From: a virus
Taxonomy: Duplodnaviria; Caudoviricetes
DNA: 36,665 nucleotides
Reading direction: 5' to 3' (one strand)
Virus record (IMG/VR): IMGVR_UViG_3300046779_000565
Coordinates: 1 to 36,665 of that record
Within the stretch, counting starts at the first letter, position 1. Each line of letters opens with the position of its first letter. Positions 25,990 to 34,445 of this stretch are shown here, piece after piece. A program made the translations under genes and the position numbers. The notes under the pieces were generated by a model that did no database searches, was not told the DNA's origin, and worked only from the letters and a program-made list of their open reading frames with translations.

Positions 25990-27603
25990 TTATTCGTTGG
26001 GATTATATGCTTTCTTCCAAGCTGGTCGATTACTATAATCTTTCTGTATATATCTATCTCGTTGTGCTCTCATTCTTTCACTAGGAGTGCGATTGTCCCA
26101 TGGCTCTGCTATTCCTTGTAGACAACCTAGTATAGCATATCTACAACTATCGATACAATCATCTGGGTCACTGAATCTGCCTTTTTCGTCAACGAAATAG
26201 TTTTGTGCTTCTGATAAGAAATGTGTACAGTTTTCGTTTACCATTAATGATCCAACTTCTAGCATCTGACGCATTTGGTTGATACCATATGCTTTGTGAT
26301 TCGTAACTCTACCCTGACTATCAGGTGGATTCATTATCGCTTTTTCGTAAACATTAAGTTCATAACTTTCAAACAACTCTCTGATACTATTACTCGACAT
26401 TGTATAACGCCCAGATGTTGAAGCGTCTGCTGGTAAGACGATAGGAGTTCCAAATACTTCTGGTCTGAGTAAGTGATTGATGTACTGGGTTGGAACAGCT
26501 TCCTCAACACCTTGTACCACAATTTGTCTATGTAAGTATGCAGTTTTTTCATTTGGTTCCCAATATACTAAACTAATAACTGTTTTATCATTTACAAGTC
26601 CCAAGTCAAGTGCAATAATGCGATGTATATTTGGTAGTCTTGTAAAGTCAATTTCACCTGTCTTATATGTAGGCCAGTTACTAAGTTGAAACACAGCACC
26701 TTTACCCATAACAGGTTTACCAGCAATACGAGCTTCACGCTCATGCGGTAAGTAATCTTTTTCTAATTGTTTTCTTGTACTCATCAACAAGAATGGTTGA
26801 CCCCAGGGATCATATTCTGGACAATCGTCCCATGACACACGAATGTATTCATATCCTTCTTCGTTGTTCCAGAACTTACTAACTAGTCCGTTCAAGCCTT
26901 TTAGTGGTGTGAATGAACATAAGACCTTGCCCTGTGTTGTTGCCGTACGAGTAACGATTTCACTGAAAAAGTCATCTGGCGGTTGTTCGTCAAACACGGC
27001 AAGATTCAACTTGAAACCTTGTAACTGACGAACTTCTTGTGTATAGTTAGCAAATAACAAATAGCTTTTAGCGCCACTAACATGTTTGATTTCACAACCA
27101 ATACAGTTTGCACCATCATTACGCATTGTATCAGTTACAATACATGCTCTTGGTATAGCGCCAGTGCCCAAGTTTTCTTGTATTTTAATATCTTGTGTAC
27201 CCAATAGTTCGTTTTGTAATACTAATGCGACTTGACTCCAGCCCTCACCAGCAACCATACAAGTGATTGCTTTATCAAATCTATGACCTTCCCACCAATC
27301 GGGATATCTGCCAGTCAAATGCATTGCAGTTTCATAGCAGGTACTAACTGTTTTACCAATACGGTTTGCAGCTAGAATACCCCTACGCTCACTATTGCCT
27401 GTTTTAAAAAACTTTAACTGATGTTCAAATGGTCTGAAGTACTTTAATTGGTCATACATCATATCATCAGCTATTTCTATTGCCAGATCCTGAAGTTGAT
27501 TCTTCAATGGACCCGGAATAGTTTTTAAACTATCAATAGTAAGTTTGTTTTTATCAACAACATAACGCAAGGCTCTAGCAACAAGAGTCTCTTGTCCAAT
27601 CAT
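25990..27603 (-). CDS. terL: Terminase large subunit (537 aa)
   Basis: Walker A AANRIGKT, Walker B AVFDEQP, motif III SFTP, nuclease DLG...D and DDCIDSCRYA. Confidence 0.95.
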   Translation of the reverse strand: MIGQETLVARALRYVVDKNKLTIDSLKTIPGPLKNQLQDLAIEIADDMMYDQLKYFRPFEHQLKFFKTGNSERRGILAANRIGKTVSTCYETAMHLTGRYPDWWEGHRFDKAITCMVAGEGWSQVALVLQNELLGTQDIKIQENLGTGAIPRACIVTDTMRNDGANCIGCEIKHVSGAKSYLLFANYTQEVRQLQGFKLNLAVFDEQPPDDFFSEIVTRTATTQGKVLCSFTPLKGLNGLVSKFWNNEEGYEYIRVSWDDCPEYDPWGQPFLLMSTRKQLEKDYLPHEREARIAGKPVMGKGAVFQLSNWPTYKTGEIDFTRLPNIHRIIALDLGLVNDKTVISLVYWEPNEKTAYLHRQIVVQGVEEAVPTQYINHLLRPEVFGTPIVLPADASTSGRYTMSSNSIRELFESYELNVYEKAIMNPPDSQGRVTNHKAYGINQMRQMLEVGSLMVNENCTHFLSEAQNYFVDEKGRFSDPDDCIDSCRYAILGCLQGIAEPWDNRTPSERMRAQRDRYIQKDYSNRPAWKKAYNPNE

Positions 27604-27962
27604 TATTCGTTCTCTACTGGATAGTGTTGGTTCATAATACTTAAGTAGTATAGACCATGACTCAATGCTAAGATTTCATCAGGTTTACCACTCCAAGTTT
27701 CTGTATCTGTTAAATCACTAGGCTTTTTGGTTAGTAATGCTTGTAAGCGTTCTGCTGTCAATCTCATGCAATGTTCAATCTGACCAGGAAAGCGTTCTTT
27801 AAATGCTTCTCTATGTGCTTTATTAACTTTCTGAAGAATAATAGTATCTTGTACCATTTTTTCTTCTTTAATTTTTCTTGCATGAAGTATTTCTCTGTTG
27901 CGAGAATTTTCAGGTATATTGGTCTGAGTACCATCAGTACGCATTATCATTTTAGATCCCAT
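27603..27962 (-). CDS. Hypothetical helical protein immediately upstream of TerL (possible small terminase)
   Basis: Size and position only. Confidence 0.55.
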   Translation of the reverse strand: MGSKMIMRTDGTQTNIPENSRNREILHARKIKEEKMVQDTIILQKVNKAHREAFKERFPGQIEHCMRLTAERLQALLTKKPSDLTDTETWSGKPDEILALSHGLYYLSIMNQHYPVENE

Positions 27963-28756
27963 ACATTATTCAATACTGAATTATCAACTGATAAGAATTC
28001 TCTATCAATCCATACATCCCATTGATTTGATTTGTTAACCTTCTTAGTCTGCATCAACGCTCGTAGTCTTTTACCTTGTGGTGTTAATGTACCATCTTCA
28101 CGCATAATAACTTGTTCGCCTGTACGAGGATCAATCCACTTGATAATTTCTGGTACAACTTTACCATACTTGTTAATCTTCTCACCATGTGGTACTTGTT
28201 CTAATGGACCTTGAATTTCATATGAAATCATACCATTATCATACTTGCGAAAGACCATGTGTACTTTTTTATCTTGCGCTCTCATCGCATCATCTGGGTG
28301 AGGAATTGTTGGGCAATAAAAACTGTTTTGTAATTGATTGCGTGGTGGCAAAGATTTATCTCTTGCTGGTTTTGGTTTTAGTTCTTCAACTGGAACTAAT
28401 TCTGTTTTATCAATATATGGGTTATTGTCGCCCAAGAATACTGGATCAACTTCATCACCATTTAATACATCCATAGCAACTTGATACTTGAGTTTGTTAG
28501 CACGACCTTTTAAGTTGAGGACAATGCCAGTTTCGTCAAATACGAATCGTTCAAGTTCTTTTGCTGTTGGGAAGTCAGTCATTAGACCCTCTAAGTCAAA
28601 TTGAATAGAGTTTAATGATTTTGGTTGTTGTGGTTTTGTTTTCTCTATAACTTTTTCTGCTTCTTCAGCAAATGTTTCTGTTACAGAATCTGTTGGAGTT
28701 ACATCTGGTTGATCCCAGATATTTTCTTGAGGTTGTTTTGTTGTTTTCTTTTTCAT
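27947..28756 (-). CDS. Hypothetical protein (269 aa)
   Basis: Long ORF with SD AAGGA; no recognised motif. Confidence 0.8.
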   Translation of the reverse strand: MKKKTTKQPQENIWDQPDVTPTDSVTETFAEEAEKVIEKTKPQQPKSLNSIQFDLEGLMTDFPTAKELERFVFDETGIVLNLKGRANKLKYQVAMDVLNGDEVDPVFLGDNNPYIDKTELVPVEELKPKPARDKSLPPRNQLQNSFYCPTIPHPDDAMRAQDKKVHMVFRKYDNGMISYEIQGPLEQVPHGEKINKYGKVVPEIIKWIDPRTGEQVIMREDGTLTPQGKRLRALMQTKKVNKSNQWDVWIDREFLSVDNSVLNNVWDLK

Positions 28757-28771
28757 TTCTTTTCCTTATCT

Positions 28772-28808
28772 AAACTAAAAGGCTAGGGCAACCCTATGTC
28801 ACCCTGCC
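28772..28808 (-). terminator. Terminator/attenuator-like hairpin
   Basis: Minus GGC-AGGGTGAC-ATAGG-GTTGCCCT-A-GCC followed by TTTTAGTTT; both mismatches are G-U on the minus strand. Confidence 0.55.
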
Positions 28809-28829
28809 CAAAGACCAATTATGCAAAAG

Positions 28830-28837
28830 TATTTATC
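28830..28837 (-). promoter_or_regulatory. Late-like motif GATAAATA
   Basis: Overlaps the stop of 28833..29114. Confidence 0.5.
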
Positions 28838-29114
28838 TTTTGAATTTTGATGGTAGTTTTGAACCATTAGCTGTTGGATTAGTCTTAGGTCCAGTGTTAG
28901 AATGAATACCTTCTAATGCTGGGTTTGTACGACCACCGAACTGACCACGACCACGCATTTCTAATGCACTTGTGACCATGTTAGCTAATGTTGCTTTTTC
29001 GCTAGAACTCTTTGACTTTTCAGCCATGAAGTCTTTGCGCTTACTACCCATACCAGCGTTACCAGTAGTAGGTCCTCTTTTTTGATTGATTGGTTTTGAT
29101 TGTGGATTACTCAT
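28833..29114 (-). CDS. Small basic protein (93 aa) with RGPTTGN motif
   Basis: SD AAGGA; K/G/S-rich. Confidence 0.75.
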   Translation of the reverse strand: MSNPQSKPINQKRGPTTGNAGMGSKRKDFMAEKSKSSSEKATLANMVTSALEMRGRGQFGGRTNPALEGIHSNTGPKTNPTANGSKLPSKFKR

Positions 29115-29125
29115 TTTGTTTCCTT

Positions 29126-29752
29126 TTATCCTACTACTGTTACAACTTCAACAATAGTGAATTCAGAGCCAGCTCCGATAGTTGTTGTAGTTATACCTGT
29201 TGGGTTAATACCACCCGGTTGTGCTTGAATAGTAACTTCATTTGTTGGTAAAACATATGTTGTACCTGTTGGTGTCGCTTGATATGGAGGCCAATAAGGT
29301 GCTGCGTATGCATTAACAGTAAATGTTAAAATAGCACCAGTATCAGGATCGACTGTATCAACATCTAGTGTTACTGTTTGTATTGGCTGACCAAAATTGT
29401 CACCATTTAACGCTAATGTATCACCTACTGTATATCCAGTGCCACCTGCAGGATATATTTCGCTGTTAAATTGTGTTATAGTAAGTGTTGTACCACCAAA
29501 ACCATTACCAGTACTGGATACATTAAATTTAGCACCTGTGCCAGTGCCACCTGTACTATCTAGTTCTGTATAGTTATATACTTGTGAATCTAATGTCCAA
29601 CTTACCATAACTAATACTGGTTGTGGATTAATTAGTCTTAGGTATTTTGCACCTTGACCACCAGTAATGTTGTTAGTTGTATCTGCTGAAAAGTATCCTG
29701 GAGCATTTTCATTAATGCTAAGTGAGATACCGCTAGTTTGAAAGACAGCCAT
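29126..29752 (-). CDS. Putative virion decoration/structural protein (208 aa)
   Basis: TGGTGTGAKFNV and GGTGYTVGDTL motifs typical of phage fibre/baseplate repeats. Confidence 0.7.
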   Translation of the reverse strand: MAVFQTSGISLSINENAPGYFSADTTNNITGGQGAKYLRLINPQPVLVMVSWTLDSQVYNYTELDSTGGTGTGAKFNVSSTGNGFGGTTLTITQFNSEIYPAGGTGYTVGDTLALNGDNFGQPIQTVTLDVDTVDPDTGAILTFTVNAYAAPYWPPYQATPTGTTYVLPTNEVTIQAQPGGINPTGITTTTIGAGSEFTIVEVVTVVG

Positions 29753-30081
29753 TATTGATTTCCTTTCGTTGGACCACGACCTACATTAATGCTGTTTGGG
29801 TTACCTTTGTAATTTTGTTCGCATTTAGGTTCCCAATTACGGGTACCGCCTGGTGTACGAACTTGAGGTGAACCACTAAACATATCCTTACCTTTTGGAA
29901 TGCTAGGTAAACTGCGTGTACCAGGAGTAGATTTAGTACCCTTGTTACCAACAGTAGGACCGCGCCCAAAGTTAACTGTACGACCATCATTTAGATGACC
30001 AGTGTGTTGATTAACTTGCTCTTTGCTTGCGTCAGTGCCACGAGAATAGCCCTTACCGCCCATATAACTTAAATCACTCAT
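29752..30081 (-). CDS. Small basic Gly-rich protein (109 aa) with two GRGPTxGN motifs
   Basis: Translationally coupled on both sides. Confidence 0.75.
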   Translation of the reverse strand: MSDLSYMGGKGYSRGTDASKEQVNQHTGHLNDGRTVNFGRGPTVGNKGTKSTPGTRSLPSIPKGKDMFSGSPQVRTPGGTRNWEPKCEQNYKGNPNSINVGRGPTKGNQ

Positions 30082-30230
30082 TTTGTTTTTCCTTTAGTTG
30101 ATTTTTTAGCCGCTTGTCTCTTTGTAGCATACGCAATAGCTACGGCTTGCTTAGGGGGCTTTCCTGCAGCAATTTCTTTTTTAACATTCTTACTGAATGC
30201 TTTTTTACTTGTTGATTTGATTAACGGCAT
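30078..30230 (-). CDS. Small basic protein (50 aa, MPLIKSTSKKAFSKNVKKEIAAGKPPKQAVAIAY...)
   Basis: KQAVAIA motif familiar from small phage proteins near terminase. True start is ATG 30230, 5 nt after GATAAATA. Confidence 0.8.
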   Translation of the reverse strand: MPLIKSTSKKAFSKNVKKEIAAGKPPKQAVAIAYATKRQAAKKSTKGKTK

Positions 30231-30234
30231 ATCT

Positions 30235-30390
30235 TTATTTATCACTTCTTTTTTTGGCTGTTTTGGCACTCTGTTTGAATGCCTTTGCTGTTGGAGCGCC
30301 TTTAGTACCAGGTTTACGCATCTTTTCACCAGAGCCAGCTTTTATTCTTTCTCGTTTGGCGTGTATGTTAGCGTATAATCCGTTTTTCAT
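30235..30390 (-). CDS. Small basic protein (51 aa, MKNGLYANIHAKRERIKAGSGEKMRKPG...)
   Basis: Manually found; GLYANIHAKR...MRKPG.KGAPT pattern familiar from phage genomes. Confidence 0.8.
   Translation of the reverse strand: MKNGLYANIHAKRERIKAGSGEKMRKPGTKGAPTAKAFKQSAKTAKKRSDK
30236..30243 (-). promoter_or_regulatory. Late-like motif GATAAATA
   Basis: Final codons GAT AAA TAA of the 51-aa gene, 5 nt before the next ATG. Confidence 0.6.
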
Positions 30391-30391
30391 A

Positions 30392-30757
30392 TTAATCTTT
30401 CTTTATACCTGTCAGTTTTGCTAACGCATCTGCAAAAGCGATTTGCTTTGCATCGATATTCTCTTGGCTATCTGTAACTTCAATCTTAGCCAAATGAATC
30501 ATTACTTTATTCAATATTAAGTTGTGATATTTCATAGTTAAATGGGTATCTCCCCTAGTTCTAGCTTGTAAAAAATCATCAACTAACAATTCTTCATAGT
30601 TTTTACCACCTGATTGAGTTTGAAGTTTTTCAAGTAACCCTTTAATAGTTACACTTTCTCCAACCCCTTTTGGTCTGCCTGCTCCCGGCATTTTGCCACC
30701 CTTTTTCTTCAAAGGTTGACCTGTTTTCTTATTCAATTTTGTGCTGTTCTGTTCCAT
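30392..30757 (-). CDS. Terminase small subunit-like protein (121 aa)
   Basis: KKGG..PGAGRPKG N-terminal motif; first gene of the packaging/head operon. Confidence 0.6.
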   Translation of the reverse strand: MEQNSTKLNKKTGQPLKKKGGKMPGAGRPKGVGESVTIKGLLEKLQTQSGGKNYEELLVDDFLQARTRGDTHLTMKYHNLILNKVMIHLAKIEVTDSQENIDAKQIAFADALAKLTGIKKD

Positions 30758-30770
30758 ATAAATATTTATT
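30757..30770. promoter_or_regulatory. Overlapping divergent late-like promoters: TATAAATA (+, 30757-64) and AATAAATA (-, 30763-70)
   Basis: Palindrome ATAAATATTTAT at 30758-30769 between divergent genes. Confidence 0.75.
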
Positions 30771-30792
30771 CATTTAATAGTAAGGAAATGTA

Positions 30793-31284
30793 ATGACAAA
30801 CTTTAACTGGTATCCTGCGAGTGGCACAGATGTTGATTCAATCGTTAAGATGGCTGTTGACCATTTTCAAACTGAAATCGATTTAATCTTTACCCCTGAC
30901 CCAATTGCTTATGGTAGAAATCTAACATTAGCAGTAGTCAATCAATTTTATCTCCCTATGACCGAGTTATTAAGTGTCTGTAAAGATGACACAGGCAAAC
31001 TTTTAGCCTATACTTGGGCAGTATCAAATCAAAGAGCTATGTGGTCAGATGACAATATGGTCTCTGTCAAAATGGCTCATGTAGATTTAACTCTACCTAT
31101 TAAACACAGACTTCAAATTGTGAACTCTATGTTTAAACTTTGGGAAGGCTTTGCTATATTAGCTAACAATCCCATTGTATGTTCTACAACTATGCGTAAA
31201 GACCAAGATGGTTTCTTAAAATTACACAAACGAAACGGTTATGATGTTCGTGGTAGTTACGCATATAAAAAATTAAGTGCTTAA
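30793..31284 (+). CDS. GNAT-fold acetyltransferase-like protein (163 aa)
   Basis: A...DVDSIVKM, GKLLAY, and FLKLHKRNGY (cf. GNAT LY.R.GF) motifs; SD AAGGA. Confidence 0.65.
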   Translation: MTNFNWYPASGTDVDSIVKMAVDHFQTEIDLIFTPDPIAYGRNLTLAVVNQFYLPMTELLSVCKDDTGKLLAYTWAVSNQRAMWSDDNMVSVKMAHVDLTLPIKHRLQIVNSMFKLWEGFAILANNPIVCSTTMRKDQDGFLKLHKRNGYDVRGSYAYKKLSA

Positions 31285-31314
31285 CAAACTCGCCTGCCAA
31301 TTCGTTGATGCCCC

Positions 31315-31370
31315 AGTTAGAAAGACGCAAAATCTGCTGGGTTCTTGATAGCACTTTTGGCGTCTTAACT
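31315..31370. terminator. Imperfect hairpin between convergent genes
   Basis: AAGACGC-AAAA..TGCT / AGCA..TTTT-G-GCGTCTT pairing. Confidence 0.4.
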
Positions 31371-31801
31371 TAATCTAATGTAGCACGAAGCATCCAAATA
31401 TGCTTTGCTAGTGCTAAAATTCTATCTTGTGCATAATTACTAATCTCTTGATGACCTTCTTCTTCACTAATTGCCATTAATTCTTCATAACATCCTTTTA
31501 GATGTTCCAAATCATCTTTAACTTCACTAATTAAGTATTCGCTTGAACCATCTAAAGGTGTTGTTGGCAAATGTGTATCAACAATTACATCTTGTAAACT
31601 GCATGGCATCATTGCTTGTAATGTTCTGAGTAATTCGGCAAGCATATCGATTTGATCTTGCAAATCTTCATAAACTTTTTGTAATAATTTATGGTCACTA
31701 GCAAAGTTTCTACCCATAATGTTTACATGAGCAACATGGCTACGGTAGTATGCTGCAAAGTTGTCATTAAAGACTTGTGTTAATTGTGTTGTTGTATTCA
31801 T
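31370..31801 (-). CDS. dps: Dps / mini-ferritin family protein (143 aa)
   Basis: Y..SH.AHVN..G.NF...H...YE......DMLAE and KHIWMLRA match the Dps signature. Confidence 0.88.
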   Translation of the reverse strand: MNTTTQLTQVFNDNFAAYYRSHVAHVNIMGRNFASDHKLLQKVYEDLQDQIDMLAELLRTLQAMMPCSLQDVIVDTHLPTTPLDGSSEYLISEVKDDLEHLKGCYEELMAISEEEGHQEISNYAQDRILALAKHIWMLRATLD

Positions 31802-32473
31802 TTAGAAACTTCCTGGCACTACTGGGCCCATAACTTTTTCAAATGCTTTCTTGCGAATAGCTGATTTCATTCTTGCATCTTCTTCTAATATTGCTCGTTC
31901 TTGTGGAGTAACATTACCATATGGCATATTAGCAACAGCTTTCATTTGATTAGCTGCACCTGCGCTACCTTGAGTACTTGCTTCACCTCTTTGTACTTGA
32001 GCAAATGGATTACTTTCTAATCCTGGAGCATTTGGATTCTGACGAATTTGTTCTTGTTCATATGCTGCCAATGAATATGGTAAAGTGAATAGATTTTCTG
32101 GAGCTGCAATTGGGCTTAATATCTTTTGCACGCCTGATGCAGTCATTCCACTAAGACCTTGACCAAATGCAGGATGACCGCCAAAGTATGCTTTAGCTGC
32201 TTGTACAGGATTTGTTAAGATTTCTTTTCTACCTGCAGGACCAACTTGTGTTACTAAGTTTTTAGCAATATTAGCAGCGTCACGCATACCGCCTGTTAAA
32301 TCATATGCTGCTTGTGCATATGGTTTTGCTGCGGACATTAATCCTTGAACAGCAGTAATATCACCAGGTGCTATAGGCTGTTCTACAGTCGTAGGTGTAC
32401 TGGACAAATACTTATCAGGATCAAATTCTGATTCTGTTTTTGCTAGATATTCATCTGGATTGAAATCACTCAT
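31802..32473 (-). CDS. Putative internal virion protein (223 aa)
   Basis: Duplicated FNPDEYL/FDPDKYL N-terminus seen in ejection-type proteins; operon position. Confidence 0.6.
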   Translation of the reverse strand: MSDFNPDEYLAKTESEFDPDKYLSSTPTTVEQPIAPGDITAVQGLMSAAKPYAQAAYDLTGGMRDAANIAKNLVTQVGPAGRKEILTNPVQAAKAYFGGHPAFGQGLSGMTASGVQKILSPIAAPENLFTLPYSLAAYEQEQIRQNPNAPGLESNPFAQVQRGEASTQGSAGAANQMKAVANMPYGNVTPQERAILEEDARMKSAIRKKAFEKVMGPVVPGSF

Positions 32474-34443
32474 TATAGTCCCAATCGTTGTTTGATTTGT
32501 CTTGATCTTGGATCATTAGGATTTTTATTAGCCCATTCTAATGCTTTTTTATCTTCAGTAGTTAGTTTACTTTCAGTTTCGCTAGGAGTACCATATTTTG
32601 CTGGTTGACCTAACTTCTCTCTGTTTCTATCAATGCCGCGTTGAATAATTTCTTTAAAATCTGTTGCTGCTGCTTTGAATTCTTTTTCAGATTGTGATGT
32701 GCTCATGCGTTGAATAGCTTTCGTAGCGGCATCACCTTCTTGGTTACTCAATGATCCCATACCACGCAAGTTTTCTACAGCTTGCAAGAAACTTTGTCCC
32801 TTAATTTCATTGAATCGTGCAGCCCAATCGCTAGTATCAGTACCTTCGATCATGCCAGCAATCTTACCCGCGCCTGGTAATGGTACTGATCCCACATTAG
32901 CTACACCAACACTAAAACTAAAGCCTGGATGAGTTACTAATTCATCCATTTTGTTAATCAAGTAGTCTGCATTAGTTTCTGCTTTACCTTGATTGACTTT
33001 TAATTTACCTAAATCAACACCTTCTTCTTGTGCTGCTTCTTTTTGTTTAGTCTTTTGTGCTTCAATATCAGCTCCAGTTGGTCTACCACCTAATCCAGCA
33101 CCTGCTGTTGGTGTAATAGGTGCTACTGGCATACTTGGACCTGCAGTAGCTTGCAATTGTGGGTTGACACCGCTGAATGGACTAGGTCCGGGTGCAACAG
33201 TTGCTTGTTGTTCTAATGGAACTCTTTGTGGAGGTGTTAACTTGACGCCGCCGCCAGGTAATGCTTGCGCTTGTGGTTGAATTGTAGGTGCTTGTTGAGC
33301 TGGAGCTTGTTGAGCTGGAGCTTGTTGAGCTGGAAGAGCTTGTGGGCGTTGATTTAAATTCTGTGGAACTTGTTGAGTTTGCAATCCAATTTCACTAGGT
33401 TGTACAGGTTGAATACCTTGTGCAGCCAATTGTTGATTATATGGACGAAGTATTGCAAGTTTCTCTTCCATAGTTTTGCCAGCAAGTTTAATGTTTAAAT
33501 CTTGTATAGCACGACCACGCATATCTTCTAATGTGCCAGTACTAGATTGTGGTCTGAAGCCGGCCATTGGTTTACGACCAGTATCAGTTTGAACATATGT
33601 TCTACCTGTTTTCTCGTCTGTTACCATTCTACCAACTTCGCCAGTTTTATCATTAACATATGATCCACCAACAATGTTTAGTTTCTGTGTACCGCCACTT
33701 AAACTAGAAAGTTCTTTACTAGATAAAGACTTTCCTGTTTCAGCATTATAACCTTCTATAGGTAAACCATCAGCACGGACTTTGTACAAGACATTACTTG
33801 TTGTACCAGTTTTTTCATCATAAACTTGTTGTGTTTGCCATTTAGCTCCCACGCCTAATTTAGCAGCTTCATCTCGTGCTGAGTTTTCCATACCCAACAA
33901 ACCATACATAATTGCTTTACCCCAATTACCTTCAGTTGAACGAGCATTTAACATCTTGTTCAAATCTTCTGGTGTTGCAGTCTTAATATATTGAGTTGCT
34001 TTGTTCTTCTCGTATTCCTGACGCATCATATCACTTAACTGTGCGCCTGCTATTTGTCTTTGCTCAGGTGTATATTGACTATTGGTGTAAATCTCCCACA
34101 TTTTCTTTTGGTCATTTTGACTATCAGTTAATGCTTGTTGAAATGGAGTTGTTTGTTGTTGTATTTCTTGTCTAGCCTGTGGAGTAATCTCGACTTTAGT
34201 AGGAGTCATAGGCATAGTAGGTGCTGTAGGCGATACTGGTTGAGTAGGACCTGCAACAACTGTAGGTTCGCCTGGAGTAGGTAATTGACCTATCTGAGGA
34301 GGTTGCTGAATTTGTTCAGGACTAATTGGTGCTTCAACAGGTAATCCACTTTGAAGCGCAGCTAATCTATCTTGTTCTTCTTTTCTTTTGCGTTCTTCTT
34401 CTAATGGATCAATTTGTTGAGAAATTGAGTAATCGTTAATCAT
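32473..34443 (-). CDS. DNA ejection / transfer protein, P22 gp20-like C-terminus (656 aa)
   Basis: GQSFLQAVENLRGMGSLSNQEG...SQSEKEF motif; P/Q-rich linkers. Confidence 0.7.
   Translation of the reverse strand: MINDYSISQQIDPLEEERKRKEEQDRLAALQSGLPVEAPISPEQIQQPPQIGQLPTPGEPTVVAGPTQPVSPTAPTMPMTPTKVEITPQARQEIQQQTTPFQQALTDSQNDQKKMWEIYTNSQYTPEQRQIAGAQLSDMMRQEYEKNKATQYIKTATPEDLNKMLNARSTEGNWGKAIMYGLLGMENSARDEAAKLGVGAKWQTQQVYDEKTGTTSNVLYKVRADGLPIEGYNAETGKSLSSKELSSLSGGTQKLNIVGGSYVNDKTGEVGRMVTDEKTGRTYVQTDTGRKPMAGFRPQSSTGTLEDMRGRAIQDLNIKLAGKTMEEKLAILRPYNQQLAAQGIQPVQPSEIGLQTQQVPQNLNQRPQALPAQQAPAQQAPAQQAPTIQPQAQALPGGGVKLTPPQRVPLEQQATVAPGPSPFSGVNPQLQATAGPSMPVAPITPTAGAGLGGRPTGADIEAQKTKQKEAAQEEGVDLGKLKVNQGKAETNADYLINKMDELVTHPGFSFSVGVANVGSVPLPGAGKIAGMIEGTDTSDWAARFNEIKGQSFLQAVENLRGMGSLSNQEGDAATKAIQRMSTSQSEKEFKAAATDFKEIIQRGIDRNREKLGQPAKYGTPSETESKLTTEDKKALEWANKNPNDPRSRQIKQRLGL
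33290..33334. repeat. 3 x 15-bp tandem repeat encoding PAQQA
   Basis: gcttgttgagctgga x3. Confidence 0.9.
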
Positions 34444-34445
34444 AA

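Noticed and set aside
30078-30329. Track start for an 83-aa ORF
   Set aside because: It overlaps a better 51-aa gene; the real start is ATG 30230.
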